The translations under genes were made by a program, and so were the position numbers. Below, in pieces: positions 1 to 13,500 of a stretch of DNA of 64,000 bases (positions within the stretch are counted from its first letter, which is position 1; the number at the start of each line of letters is the position of its first letter). This DNA comes from Dudresnaya verticillata (taxonomy: Eukaryota). The stretch lies in contig OZ374558.1 of the NCBI GenBank assembly GCA_977862235.1, positions 2,170,001 through 2,234,000 on the forward strand. The letters run 5' to 3'. The notes under the pieces are model-generated. The model worked only from the letters and a program-made list of their open reading frames with translations. It did no database searches and was not told the origin of the DNA.

Positions 1-198
1 GTGGTTCTCCACAATCCTTACCTCCCGTCTATTCTCCAACGGCGTCCGGAATCTTACAACTGCCCGATGCAAGCGAAAGAGTCTTTCCGTGACTCAGACC
101 CTCTCCGGGAGTTATAACTGCTTGTATACATGCACATTTGGCAAGCAGTCAGCACTGATCACGGCGGCGTGTAAATGGGGTAAACGTCACTTTACGAA

Positions 199-229
199 GA
201 AGACCTTTATTAAAGAACAAGAGAGAAGC
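199..229 (-). mobile_element. Second, 31-bp copy of the same retroposon 3' end
   Basis: AGACCTTTATTAAAGAACAAGAGAGA is identical to the tail of the 251-389 insert. It is flanked by CGAA at 195-198 and 230-233, a possible short TSD. Confidence 0.55.
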
Positions 230-250
230 CGAAAGCGATTTTTGTATATG

Positions 251-389
251 AGAGAGAGAGAGACCTTTATTAAAGAACAAGAGAGAGAAGCTCCTTAAGG
301 GGGATTAGGATACAGAGCTGAGCTACCGTAAAGAGGCGGAGGAGCAAGCTTGCGGCAGTTGACACTCACCGCGACGCATTGGAGAACAC
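251..389 (-). mobile_element. 5'-truncated non-LTR retroposon (LINE 3' end or SINE) with 9-bp target-site duplication; present in every unit
   Basis: The minus strand ends ...CTTGTTCTTTAATAAAGGTCTCTCTCTCTCT (AATAAA plus (TC)n tail). It is flanked by the direct repeat TTGTATATG at 242-250 and 390-398. Confidence 0.75.
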
Positions 390-558
390 TTGTATATGGA
401 GAAAATAAGCGAACGTAGAAACCAAGCTTCCCCGACCTGGCAGCGACCACATAAAAGTGAGCGCTCTGCGCAGTTGTGCAGGATGTAATGCTAGAGCCGC
501 TGGCTTCGCAGGGACGCAATATGGAGGTGCAAAGCACTTGGGATTGAGAAATATACCG

Positions 559-588
559 TGAGGCGTGCTGAGGCGTGCTGAGGCGCGC
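559..588 (+). repeat. 10-bp tandem repeat (TGAGGCGTGC) x3, last copy variant
   Basis: TGAGGCGTGC TGAGGCGTGC TGAGGCGCGC read directly; present in each unit. Confidence 0.9.
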
Positions 589-641
589 AGAGATGCGCTG
601 AGCGACGGAGGCGGTTCGGAAGACGACGTGCTTCGAACTTG

Positions 642-651
642 AGCCAATCAG
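642..651 (+). promoter_or_regulatory. CCAAT-box-like motif
   Basis: AGCCAATCAG matches the NF-Y consensus within a GC-rich stretch of the unit. No functional evidence. Confidence 0.25.
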
Positions 652-1519
652 ACGGTGCAGATCTTCCTGTTAAGACACCTGTCGCACAATATGTCCAACC
701 AAATGTGCCCATTGCGGGACGGCGCATGTGCTCCGCTTGACACCGCTGCCGGCGGAAAATGCACCGCCGCGGGAGAAGAAGAAACAGACAGAAAAGAACG
801 GCCGAGGCGCCGGCGACAAAAGCAACTTGCGCGCCCTGTGTCGCTGTGAGGAAATGCACCACGTTTGCGTTTATTTCTCAACCGCTCCGTGTCCGCTGTG
901 CTGCAGTCGCTCAAACGCGTCACACCTGCCGCCGTCCCACTCTATGCAGCAACACCGAATCCCGATTCCGGCACCCCACGCCAGTGTGCTGAACCGAGAA
1001 AGCCCTCAACACATCCGCGCGCATCCGCTCATCCGATCCTCGCGCATCGGCGCTATGTTCGCCCACCCGCGGCATGCGCTGCTCACTCGGCCGATCGCCC
1101 CTCCAGCACTTGACGCCAATTCAACCACCGAGCGCGCACCGCCCTCTGCAGTTCCCACCTCACTGCTCTTCTTTCCTGCCCCGCCCAACCCCACTGAGGC
1201 CGGGGCTTAAGGCGCAGCAGCGGTGTTTCCCGCCCAGCGCACGATACCCCAACGGATCTACGGGCTCGAACCACACATCTTGCGACACCTTCCCATCAGG
1301 AAGCCAACGCCTTCTTCAAAATATTCGTCTCGACGCAGAACCAGGATGTATCTTTGCGAACAATGTCCCCGACCGCATTGATTCTGCAGCGCGATTGGAA
1401 TCGGCACCAGATCGTGAGCAGCTGCCTTCCTCTCTCCGTGCCGGATCGATGAAGAAGTCCCTCCCTCTACGCAGGAGGGGCGCCAGGATCACACTTTGTG
1501 GAATGCGCATTTCGGCCAT

Positions 1520-2955
1520 ATCGAAACGCATCTTTCCTGGGAGGTGGTCTTCGAGATAGTGGTGATACTGGAGCTTGTCCTGCGCTAGCTCCGTCTGACC
1601 TGCTTCGAGAAACGGCGGGAGAAGTATAGCTGTTAGCGTCCTTTTGTCCGGATTTGGAGCGTCGGTCATGATGAACAAGGTTTGGTGCATCTCGGCGACC
1701 AGGTTGCGCGGATCCAAGAAGTTCGATTTTGTTCGGTCCAATTCTGTCGATAGACGGCTGTGTTTGGTGGGGTGATCTTCATCGGTCATCTTGGTTGTTG
1801 GGCAGTGGGAGGTGCGTGCCTGTACTTCTATCCCGCGTGCGCAGTAACAGGCGAGCATTAACTTCGTTACCATACGCCTTGGAGCATAAACCCAAGCACA
1901 TCATTGACAAGACGCGCTCTCTTCGGTATTATCGTCATCGAAACGCCAGATGGTCACGTCAAGATCCATGATCTCAGACTTCCTGGACTCTTCGCAGTAG
2001 AAAAACAAAAACTGATTCGTCATGTAGGCAAATATCGAGAAGAGTGTTGCACGGTAGAACCACTTATGCTTAACACAATAAACCCTGACTATGTCTTTCT
2101 TGAGAGGCCTTCGTACGCCGCACAACCAGTGTGTCTCGCCACTTTGCGACATGCGGCGCCGAGCCGGTCAACGAGGGAAGGAATGCACCAGTCGTGGAGG
2201 CGGCCCCTGTCGCTCCTTCCTGTAGTCCAAGGTGGCACTCTGTACGGGCGGGCCGCAGACCGTTGGGTACACATCACGGGTAAAAGCGAGTACCATGAGT
2301 TCTGTTCGGTTAACGCTGCTTGCTAGATCGGATGGTAGATATCTCGGGAGGTGGTCTTCGACAGGGAGGTGATAGCGGAGGGTGTCCTGCAGGAGCTCTG
2401 TTCAGGCGGCTTCGAGAAAAGGCGGGAGAAGTATTGCACGTCCGGGTTTGCAGTTGCCGGTCATGATGAATAAGGTTTTGGTGCATCTCAGCGACCAGGA
2501 TGCACGGATCCAAGAGGTTTGATACTGTTGGGTTCAAGGCTGTCGATAGACGGCTGTGTTTAGTGGGGTGGTTTTGATCGGTCATCTTGGTTGTTAGGTG
2601 GTGGGAGGTGATGATTGGGTTGAAGTGGGAAGGGTATCTAGAGGAACAATTGTTTGTCTCTACTTCTATCCCACGTGCGCTGTAACATGCGAGCATTACC
2701 TTCGTTACCATACGCCTTGGAGCATGAACCCAGGAACATCATTAAAATGACGCGCTCTCTTCGGTATCAGTATCATCGTCATCGAAACGCCAGATAGCCA
2801 CGTCAAGATCCACGATCTCAGACTTCCTGGACTCGTCACAGTACAAAACCAAAAACTGATTCGTCATGTAGGCAAATGTCGAGAAGAGTATTGCACGGTA
2901 GAACCGCTTATGCTTAAGACAATAAATCCTGACCATGTCGTTCGTGAGGGGCCTT
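1520..2955. repeat. Older internal direct duplication within the unit (~1520-2110 vs ~2327-2955)
   Basis: Shared blocks such as GGGAGGTGGTCTTCGA, CTGTCGATAGACGGCTGTGTTT, CTTCGTTACCATACGCCTTGGAGCAT and GATCTCAGACTTCCTGGACTC. Roughly 80% identity by eye, with a net 42-bp insertion in the second copy. Confidence 0.95.
1901..2152 (-). pseudogene. ORF ending in a Tudor-like module (copy A), probably degenerate
   Basis: DIVRVYCVKHKWFYRATL...NQFLFFYCEESRKSEIMDLDVTIWRFDDD is paralogous to 2742-3179. Both have a TGA at the homologous position. Confidence 0.4.
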
Positions 2956-3179
2956 TGTTTGGCGGGACCTTCATTTTCTTCCTTCCTTTCATTCTGGGCA
3001 TCCATCTTGACCGCCAAGACCGACAGACGATTCTTGAGCTTACTAGAATGCTCAGAACTGGACGTTGTGTTCGGGCAGGACTTCTTGATGTTCCCGGAAT
3101 GCGTTCCCCTCAGACTCAATCCCGGAGAAGTGTCCCTTCTGTCGTTGCGCGAGCAGTAGACCTCATTCTTGTCGTTCAT
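2742..3179 (-). pseudogene. ORF ending in a Tudor-like module (copy B), probably degenerate
   Basis: DMVRIYCLKHKRFYRAIL...NQFLVLYCDESRKSEIVDLDVAIWRFDDD resembles the Tudor/Agenet pattern (V-x-V-Y-W...F/W-Y-x-G-x-V...V-x-Y-D-D-G...E-x-L-D-L...W-R-F). Pattern match by eye only. Confidence 0.4.
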
Positions 3180-4494
3180 CGTGAAATGCAGGACTCCTTT
3201 TTTATCCGCAGTTATTTTGGTTGGAGTGGTTGTTCAACGGCACAGGGATTTTCAGTGGGAAGGCAAACAGTTGTTGAGAAAGGGCGCGAAGACGGACGGT
3301 CTACGCTTCGAGGCGGAAGGGAGAGCCGCCTTCATTTGGATTTCCAAAGAAGGCCATTTGGCATACCATCAATATGACGTTGATATTTTTAGTAAAAAAG
3401 CCATAAAAGTTACCTCAAAAATCTCAGGATTGCGTTCGCCGCGCGATGGCATTTCGATCTTTTCGTACGCCGCTTGGGCACCGCTCCTATCGCTCGCGCA
3501 GCCTTCCCGACGCCCTTCGAAAGCCACTCCCATTCTCCGCTCAAACCTCTCCTTTCGTGCCGCATTCTTCCTCCCGGTGCCACCCTCTCCACACCGCCGG
3601 CTTTCCGCATGGACATCCCGTCCGTCACGCCGCCCTTCTTTCGGCGCATCTCTGTCAATAATCTCATGCCCGCGCTGCAGGCAGCCTTCAACGTAGTTGG
3701 CGCGGCCGATCCTTCCTCAGCCATGCCCATGCCGACGTCGCGGCGTACGTCTGTGGCATTGTGCGCGAGCTCGCGCAGCGCATTTATCTTGTACAGATAC
3801 TGTTCTTTGCGGTGGGCATGCCCCAAGGATCACGCAGTTTGCTTTCATTCACTTTTGGGCAAACATCGCTTCGCTCCGTTGCCACCAAGAGCAGGCAGGC
3901 CGCGAACATCCGGGTTACTCTCAGCACTGCGCTAGAAATCCCCCTCTTCCAAGATCTGGCGCATTTGAGAACTGCCCAAGCAGCTTGAAGCAGATTCATT
4001 CCCTAATAGAAGGAGGACCCGAGTGCACGATGGTGAACAGCAATGTTTTGCCTAAGGGCATCAGGACGACATCGGTTTTCGCGCCGCTGAGGGCACGATG
4101 CAGCAAAGTCAGGGGGCAGGCAACTCTCCGGGATATCACCTCGAAAATCCAAGATTTCTCAGTTTGATGGCATCCAGCTGAGCAAGACTCCGTCATAATC
4201 CTTTGCATTCTTTGCGAGTCACTGTTGTATCCGGACCAGCAAAGCAGGGAAAAACACGACGCGCACTCTACATATGGAAATGATGAAGGCCGAAGCGAAC
4301 AGGATGCGTCCCAGCGAATGCTTAAATGGTGACGAAGAGCTCAGAACAGTCTTACGAAATCGAACTCATATCTGCTTCAGCGTTTCGTTCGAATCAACGT
4401 CTGTGACGCTGCCGGTGTACAGGAACTGCCCAAATCCCTCAAGACGCATATCTGCAGTGATTTGCCCACATTTGTCGACGCACTATCGTTGGAG

Positions 4495-4518
4495 CCGTAG
4501 AAACCCGTAGAAACCCGT
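4495..4518 (+). repeat. 10-bp tandem duplication (CCGTAGAAAC) x2.4
   Basis: CCGTAGAAAC CCGTAGAAAC CCGT read directly. Confidence 0.85.
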
Positions 4519-7500
4519 CGAGAGCTTTGGAGTTGTGCTTGGTAGCTGCGTTGCAACAGCTGACTTTGACCTCGGTGGTACTCTGCAGCTCAAAACTTGA
4601 CAACATCTCTCCGGTGCTGTAGACAGGCAGATGGTTCATCGAGGGCGTTCCAATCTCGATCTGAAGAGGTTCGGCAGGTCATGAAGGAGTAGAATACGAT
4701 CATTACGTGGTATTCTAGATCGGCTCTGAATATGAACTGATTGTGGCCTTGCGGTAGAGCTCGGAAGGCACACGGAGGAAAACAAGATGTTGAAGTTCTG
4801 CTTTTGCTGCAGATGAAGAAACGCATTGCCGCCGCTTGTTCCAATTGCCGTCGCATGTGCGACTCGTGCCAAATCATGTTCGATACATTTTCGGCTCTTG
4901 TGGAACCTTCTTGATCTAGCGCCTTGGGTCAGACAGGAACTGTTGAAGGGAACCAGAATCCAGAAACAGCTGCAGTTCAAGGCATGGGGCACGTTTATTC
5001 GTGACGACATCTCTCCGCGGCCGTGCACATTTGATATCGTCGGGGAGCAACATAACACATTTCCGAAACCCAGCAGATGTATGATGGCAGATGTGATGTT
5101 GTATGTGTAGCAGTATGCTATCCATCGATGCAAAAGCAGGAGCTGTCGCTTTTTCTTGTAGCTCTCAAGTATCTAGCTGTGGAACGCGATGCTGACAAGT
5201 CCGTTCATGAGGAGCAGGGATATACTTTCTTGTGAAGGTTCCATGGTACAGCGAAAGCGAGGGAGAAGAGAAGGCACGGAAAAATCTGCAGACACATTGG
5301 ACTGAACGAGATCAAATGCGTGAGCCCAATCCGTGACGCACGGGATGCCATCATGTCAACACCCAGTTACAGAAGAAGTCGTTTAAGATGGTTGTGCCTC
5401 GCTTGCCGAAGTCACAGTCACTGGAAGTTCCTTTTCTTTTTGTGGCCTGGAAGCAGCTTAGTAGAGCTCCTCATCACCCCCTATAAAGTTCCCCATTCTT
5501 CTCTTTAGAGTTTTAAATTGTTGATCTCGATGATGTGCACAACTCGAGAGTGAATAACAGAACCCGGACGGGCGCAGGGCAGGCAAACGAAAATCTATCT
5601 TTGACAGAACACCCCTCAATTCCTTTCATTTCTGGGTCAAATGCCCAACTCGATTAGTACACAAGTTTGTTGCTTCCTGACCGATCCCGAAATCATTCAC
5701 ATCCACATTAACACCGCTTGATGCAACTGAAGGAGGCCGCCAGAGAACGAAGCGATGCGCTATCTCATCCACGAGCCGGTAGCAGCTGTTTGGTAGAAGC
5801 ATGTGAAAAGTATTTGGATGCTCGGTTGAGCATTGGAATCTGTAGCATACGCAGCTAGCCACAGTGAGGAAACTGCGATCTTACTATTTGGATTCGCTGT
5901 GTGTGACGCCATCCATAGCTGAAAGCATCTCAAGGAGATAGAGTATTGTTGTGATGAATCCCGGGATCGGAGCGGACAGAGCGGGACCCTTGTGATTTAT
6001 CAGAGGGATGCGGCGATTGGCAGTTCTTCTCAAGAGCTCTCTTCGTGGTTCTCCACAATCCTTACCTCCCGTCTATTCTCCAACGGCGTCCGGAATCTTA
6101 CAACTGCCCGATGCAAGCGAAAGAGTCTTTCCGTGACTCAGACCCTCTCCGGGAGTTATAACTGCTTGTATACATGCACATTTGGCAAGCAGTCAGCACT
6201 GATCACGGCGGCGTGTAAATGGGGTAAACGTCACTTTACGAAGAAGACCTTTATTAAAGAACAAGAGAGAAGCCGAAAGCGATTTTTGTATATGAGAGAG
6301 AGAGAGACCTTTATTAAAGAACAAGAGAGAGAAGCTCCTTAAGGGGGATTAGGATACAGAGCTGAGCTACCGTAAAGAGGCGGAGGAGCAAGCTTGCGGC
6401 AGTTGACACTCACCGCGACGCATTGGAGAACACTTGTATATGGAGAAAATAAGCGAACGTAGAAACCAAGCTTCCCCGACCTGGCAGCGACCACATAAAA
6501 GTGAGCGCTCTGCGCAGTTGTGCAGGATGTAATGCTAGAGCCGCTGGCTTCGCAGGGACGCAATATGGAGGTGCAAAGCACTTGGGATTGAGAAATATAC
6601 CGTGAGGCGTGCTGAGGCGTGCTGAGGCGCGCAGAGATGCGCTGAGCGACGGAGGCGGTTCGGAAGACGACGTGCTTCGAACTTGAGCCAATCAGACGGT
6701 GCAGATCTTCCTGTTAAGACACCTGTCGCACAATATGTCCAACCAAATGTGCCCATTGCGGGACGGCGCATGTGCTCCGCTTGACACCGCTGCCGGCGGA
6801 AAATGCACCGCCGCGGGAGAAGAAGAAACAGACAGAAAAGAACGGCCGAGGCGCCGGCGACAAAAGCAACTTGCGCGCCCTGTGTCGCTGTGAGGAAATG
6901 CACCACGTTTGCGTTTATTTCTCAACCGCTCCGTGTCCGCTGTGCTGCAGTCGCTCAAACGCGTCACACCTGCCGCCGTCCCACTCTATGCAGCAACACC
7001 GAATCCCGATTCCGGCACCCCACGCCAGTGTGCTGAACCGAGAAAGCCCTCAACACATCCGCGCGCATCCGCTCATCCGATCCTCGCGCATCGGCGCTAT
7101 GTTCGCCCACCCGCGGCATGCGCTGCTCACTCGGCCGATCGCCCCTCCAGCACTTGACGCCAATTCAACCACCGAGCGCGCACCGCCCTCTGCAGTTCCC
7201 ACCTCACTGCTCTTCTTTCCTGCCCCGCCCAACCCCACTGAGGCCGGGGCTTAAGGCGCAGCAGCGGTGTTTCCCGCCCAGCGCACGATACCCCAACGGA
7301 TCTACGGGCTCGAACCACACATCTTGCGACACCTTCCCATCAGGAAGCCAACGCCTTCTTCAAAATATTCGTCTCGACGCAGAACCAGGATGTATCTTTG
7401 CGAACAATGTCCCCGACCGCATTGATTCTGCAGCGCGATTGGAATCGGCACCAGATCGTGAGCAGCTGCCTTCCTCTCTCCGTGCCGGATCGATGAAGAA

Positions 7501-10500
7501 GTCCCTCCCTCTACGCAGGAGGGGCGCCAGGATCACACTTTGTGGAATGCGCATTTCGGCCATATCGAAACGCATCTTTCCTGGGAGGTGGTCTTCGAGA
7601 TAGTGGTGATACTGGAGCTTGTCCTGCGCTAGCTCCGTCTGACCTGCTTCGAGAAACGGCGGGAGAAGTATAGCTGTTAGCGTCCTTTTGTCCGGATTTG
7701 GAGCGTCGGTCATGATGAACAAGGTTTGGTGCATCTCGGCGACCAGGTTGCGCGGATCCAAGAAGTTCGATTTTGTTCGGTCCAATTCTGTCGATAGACG
7801 GCTGTGTTTGGTGGGGTGATCTTCATCGGTCATCTTGGTTGTTGGGCAGTGGGAGGTGCGTGCCTGTACTTCTATCCCGCGTGCGCAGTAACAGGCGAGC
7901 ATTAACTTCGTTACCATACGCCTTGGAGCATAAACCCAAGCACATCATTGACAAGACGCGCTCTCTTCGGTATTATCGTCATCGAAACGCCAGATGGTCA
8001 CGTCAAGATCCATGATCTCAGACTTCCTGGACTCTTCGCAGTAGAAAAACAAAAACTGATTCGTCATGTAGGCAAATATCGAGAAGAGTGTTGCACGGTA
8101 GAACCACTTATGCTTAACACAATAAACCCTGACTATGTCTTTCTTGAGAGGCCTTCGTACGCCGCACAACCAGTGTGTCTCGCCACTTTGCGACATGCGG
8201 CGCCGAGCCGGTCAACGAGGGAAGGAATGCACCAGTCGTGGAGGCGGCCCCTGTCGCTCCTTCCTGTAGTCCAAGGTGGCACTCTGTACGGGCGGGCCGC
8301 AGACCGTTGGGTACACATCACGGGTAAAAGCGAGTACCATGAGTTCTGTTCGGTTAACGCTGCTTGCTAGATCGGATGGTAGATATCTCGGGAGGTGGTC
8401 TTCGACAGGGAGGTGATAGCGGAGGGTGTCCTGCAGGAGCTCTGTTCAGGCGGCTTCGAGAAAAGGCGGGAGAAGTATTGCACGTCCGGGTTTGCAGTTG
8501 CCGGTCATGATGAATAAGGTTTTGGTGCATCTCAGCGACCAGGATGCACGGATCCAAGAGGTTTGATACTGTTGGGTTCAAGGCTGTCGATAGACGGCTG
8601 TGTTTAGTGGGGTGGTTTTGATCGGTCATCTTGGTTGTTAGGTGGTGGGAGGTGATGATTGGGTTGAAGTGGGAAGGGTATCTAGAGGAACAATTGTTTG
8701 TCTCTACTTCTATCCCACGTGCGCTGTAACATGCGAGCATTACCTTCGTTACCATACGCCTTGGAGCATGAACCCAGGAACATCATTAAAATGACGCGCT
8801 CTCTTCGGTATCAGTATCATCGTCATCGAAACGCCAGATAGCCACGTCAAGATCCACGATCTCAGACTTCCTGGACTCGTCACAGTACAAAACCAAAAAC
8901 TGATTCGTCATGTAGGCAAATGTCGAGAAGAGTATTGCACGGTAGAACCGCTTATGCTTAAGACAATAAATCCTGACCATGTCGTTCGTGAGGGGCCTTT
9001 GTTTGGCGGGATCTTCATTTTCTTCCTTCCTTTCATTCTGGGCATCCATCTTGACCGCCAAGACCGACAGACGATTCTTGAGCTTACTAGAATGCTCAGA
9101 ACTGGACGTTGTGTTCGGGCAGGACTTCTTGATGTTCCCGGAATGCGTTCCCCTCAGACTCAATCCCGGAGAAGTGTCCCTTCTGTCGTTGCGCGAGCAG
9201 TAGACCTCATTCTTGTCGTTCATCGTGAAATGCAGGACTCCTTTTTTATCCGCAGTTATTTTGGTTGGAGTGGTTGTTCAACGGCACAGGGATTTTCAGT
9301 GGGAAGGCAAACAGTTGTTGAGAAAGGGCGCGAAGACGGACGGTCTACGCTTCGAGGCGGAAGGGAGAGCCGCCTTCATTTGGATTTCCAAAGAAGGCCA
9401 TTTGGCATACCATCAATATGACGTTGATATTTTTAGTAAAAAAGCCATAAAAGTTCCCTCAAAAATCTCAGGATTGCGTTCGCCGCCCGATGGCATTTCG
9501 ATCTTTTCGTACGCCGCTTGGGCACCGCTCCTATCGCTCGCGCAGCCTTCCCGACGCCCTTCGAAAGCCACTCCCATTCTCCGCTCAAACCTCTCCTTTC
9601 GTGCCGCATTCTTCCTCCCGGTGCCACCCTCTCCACACCGCCGGCTTTCCGCATGGACATCCCGTCCGTCACGCCGCCCTTCTTTCGGCGCATCTCTGTC
9701 AATAATCTCATGCCCGCGCTGCAGGCAGCCTTCAACGTAGTTGGCGCGGCCGATCCTTCCTCAGCCATGCCCATGCCGACGTCGCGGCGTACGTCTGTGG
9801 CATTGTGCGCGAGCTCGCGCAGCGCATTTATCTTGTACAGATACTGTTCTTTGCGGTGGGCATGCCCCAAGGATCACGCAGTTTGCTTTCATTCACTTTT
9901 GGGCAAACATCGCTTCGCTCCGTTGCCACCAAGAGCAGGCAGGCCGCGAACATCCGGGTTACTCTCAGCACTGCGCTAGAAATCCCCCTCTTCCAAGATC
10001 TGGCGCATTTGAGAACTGCCCAAGCAGCTTGAAGCAGATTCATTCCCTAATAGAAGGAGGACCCGAGTGCACGATGGTGAACAGCAATGTTTTGCCTAAG
10101 GGCATCAGGACGACATCGGTTTTCGCGCCGCTGAGGGCACGATGCAGCAAAGTCAGGGGGCAGGCAACTCTCCGGGATATCACCTCGAAAATCCAAGATT
10201 TCTCAGTTTGATGGCATCCAGCTGAGCAAGACTCCGTCATAATCCTTTGCATTCTTTGCGAGTCACTGTTGTATCCGGACCAGCAAAGCAGGGAAAAACA
10301 CGACGCGCACTCTACATATGGAAATGATGAAGGCCGAAGCGAACAGGATGCGTCCCAGCGAATGCTTAAATGGTGACGAAGAGCTCAGAACAGTCTTACG
10401 AAATCGAACTCATATCTGCTTCAGCGTTTCGTTCGAATCAACGTCTGTGACGCTGCCGGTGTACAGGAACTGCCCAAATCCCTCAAGACGCATATCTGCA

Positions 10501-13500
10501 GTGATTTGCCCACATTTGTCGACGCACTATCGTTGGAGCCGTAGAAACCCGTAGAAACCCGTCGAGAGCTTTGGAGTTGTGCTTGGTAGCTGCGTTGCAA
10601 CAGCTGACTTTGACCTCGGTGGTACTCTGCAGCTCAAAACTTGACAACATCTCTCCGGTGCTGTAGACAGGCAGATGGTTCATCGAGGGCGTTCCAATCT
10701 CGATCTGAAGAGGTTCGGCAGGTCATGAAGGAGTAGAATACGATCATTACGTGGTATTCTAGATCGGCTCTGAATATGAACTGATTGTGGCCTTGCGGTA
10801 GAGCTCGGAAGGCACACGGAGGAAAACAAGATGTTGAAGTTCTGCTTTTGCTGCAGATGAAGAAACGCATTGCCGCCGCTTGTTCCAATTGCCGTCGCAT
10901 GTGCGACTCGTGCCAAATCATGTTCGATACATTTTCGGCTCTTGTGGAACCTTCTTGATCTAGCGCCTTGGGTCAGACAGGAACTGTTGAAGGGAACCAG
11001 AATCCAGAAACAGCTGCAGTTCAAGGCATGGGGCACGTTTATTCGTGACGACATCTCTCCGCGGCCGTGCACATTTGATATCGTCGGGGAGCAACATAAC
11101 ACATTTCCGAAACCCAGCAGATGTATGATGGAAGATGTGATGTTGTATGTGTAGCAGTATGCTATCCATCGATGCAAAAGCAGGAGCTGTCGCTTTTTCT
11201 TGTAGCTCTCAAGTATCTAGCTGTGGAACGCGATGCTGACAAGTCCGTTCATGAGGAGCAGGGATATACTTTCTTGTGAAGGTTCCATGGTACAGCGAAA
11301 GCGAGGGAGAAGAGAAGGCACGGAAACATCTGCAGACACATTGGACTGAACGAGATCAAATGCGTGAGCCCAATCCGTGACCCACGGGATGCCATCATGT
11401 CAACACCCAGTTACAGAAGAAGTCGTTTAAGATGGTTGTGCCTCGCTTGCCGAAGTCACAGTCACTGGAAGTTCCTTTTCTTTTTGTGGCCTGGAAGCAG
11501 CTTAGTAGAGCTCCTCATCACCCCCTATAAAGTTCCCCATTCTTCTCTTTAGAGTTTTAAATTGTTGATCTCGATGATGTGCACAACTCGAGAGTGAATA
11601 ACAGAACCCGGACGGGCGCAGGGCAGGCAAACGAAAATCTATCTTTGACAGAACACCCCTCAATTCCTTTCATTTCTGGGTCAAATGCCCAACTCGATTA
11701 GTACACAAGTTTGTTGCTTCCTGACCGATCCCGAAATCATTCACATCCACATTAACACCGCTTGATGCAACTGAAGGAGGCCGCCAGAGAACGAAGCGAT
11801 GCGCTATCTCATCCACGAGCCGGTAGCAGCTGTTTGGTAGAAGCATGTGAAAAGTATTTGGATGCTCGGTTGAGCATTGGAATCTGTAGCATACGCAGCT
11901 AGCCACAGTGAGGAAACTGCGATCTTACTATTTGGATTCGCTGTGTATGACGCCATCCATAGCTGAAAGCATCTCAAGGAGATAGAGTATTGTTGTGATG
12001 AATCCCGGGATCGGAGCGGACAGAGCGGGACCCTTGTGATTTATCAGAGGGATGCGGCGATTGGCAGTTCTTCTCAAGAGCTCTCTTCGTGGTTCTCCAC
12101 AATCCTTACCTCCCGTCTATTCTCCAACGGCGTCCGGAATCTTACAACTGCCCGATGCAAGCGAAAGAGTCTTTCCGTGACTCAGACCCTCTCCGGGAGT
12201 TATAACTGCTTGTATACATGCACATTTGGCAAGCAGTCAGCACTGATCACGGCGGCGTGTAAATGGGGTAAACGTCACTTTACGAAGAAGACCTTTATTA
12301 AAGAACAAGAGAGAAGCCGAAAGCGATTTTTGTATATGAGAGAGAGAGAGACCTTTATTAAAGAACAAGAGAGAGAAGCTCCTTAAGGGGGATTAGGATA
12401 CAGAGCTGAGCTACCGTAAAGAGGCGGAGGAGCAAGCTTGCGGCAGTTGACACTCACCGCGACGCATTGGAGAACACTTGTATATGGAGAAAATAAGCGA
12501 ACGTAGAAACCAAGCTTCCCCGACCTGGCAGCGACCACATAAAAGTGAGCGCTCTGCGCAGTTGTGCAGGATGTAATGCTAGAGCCGCTGGCTTCGCAGG
12601 GACGCAATATGGAGGTGCAAAGCACTTGGGATTGAGAAATATACCGTGAGGCGTGCTGAGGCGTGCTGAGGCGCGCAGAGATGCGCTGAGCGACGGAGGC
12701 GGTTCGGAAGACGACGTGCTTCGAACTTGAGCCAATCAGACGGTGCAGATCTTCCTGTTAAGACACCTGTCGCACAATATGTCCAACCAAATGTGCCCAT
12801 TGCGGGACGGCGCATGTGCTCCGCTTGACACCGCTGCCGGCGGAAAATGCACCGCCGCGGGAGAAGAAGAAACAGACAGAAAAGAACGGCCGAGGCGCCG
12901 GCGACAAAAGCAACTTGCGCGCCCTGTGTCGCTGTGAGGAAATGCACCACGTTTGCGTTTATTTCTCAACCGCTCCGTGTCCGCTGTGCTGCAGTCGCTC
13001 AAACGCGTCACACCTGCCGCCGTCCCACTCTATGCAGCAACACCGAATCCCGATTCCGGCACCCCACGCCAGTGTGCTGAACCGAGAAAGCCCTCAACAC
13101 ATCCGCGCGCATCCGCTCATCCGATCCTCGCGCATCGGCGCTATGTTCGCCCACCCGCGGCATGCGCTGCTCACTCGGCCGATCGCCCCTCCAGCACTTG
13201 ACGCCAATTCAACCACCGAGCGCGCACCGCCCTCTGCAGTTCCCACCTCACTGCTCTTCTTTCCTGCCCCGCCCAACCCCACTGAGGCCGGGGCTTAAGG
13301 CGCAGCAGCGGTGTTTCCCGCCCAGCGCACGATACCCCAACGGATCTACGGGCTCGAACCACACATCTTGCGACACCTTCCCATCAGGAAGCCAACGCCT
13401 TCTTCAAAATATTCGTCTCGACGCAGAACCAGGATGTATCTTTGCGAACAATGTCCCCGACCGCATTGATTCTGCAGCGCGATTGGAATCGGCACCAGAT

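Noticed and set aside
199..292. Direct repeat AGACCTTTATTAAAGAACAAGAGAGA with a ~35-bp spacer as a mini CRISPR array
   Set aside because: Only two repeats per unit, identical spacer in every unit, no cas genes and a eukaryotic TE context. Better explained as retroposon tails.
600..1560. Numerous overlapping 60-160 aa ORFs (also at 3169-5133)
   Set aside because: They overlap in several frames, have low-information Arg/Pro/Ser/Ala composition and show no domains. Their recurrence only reflects the DNA repeat.
1895..1910. Selenocysteine or readthrough at the conserved TGA (CQ*C)
   Set aside because: The paralogous copy has TAA TGA, no SECIS was identified, and the downstream reading frame is ambiguous.
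1..6044. Unit as an rDNA, 5S, snRNA, spliced-leader or histone repeat
   Set aside because: No recognisable conserved rRNA/snRNA/tRNA motifs or histone ORFs by eye. A covariance-model search is still needed to exclude a divergent RNA.
1..6044. Unit as a tandem Helitron or other autonomous TE
   Set aside because: No Rep/helicase, transposase or recombinase motifs, and no convincing hairpin-plus-CTRR end identified.
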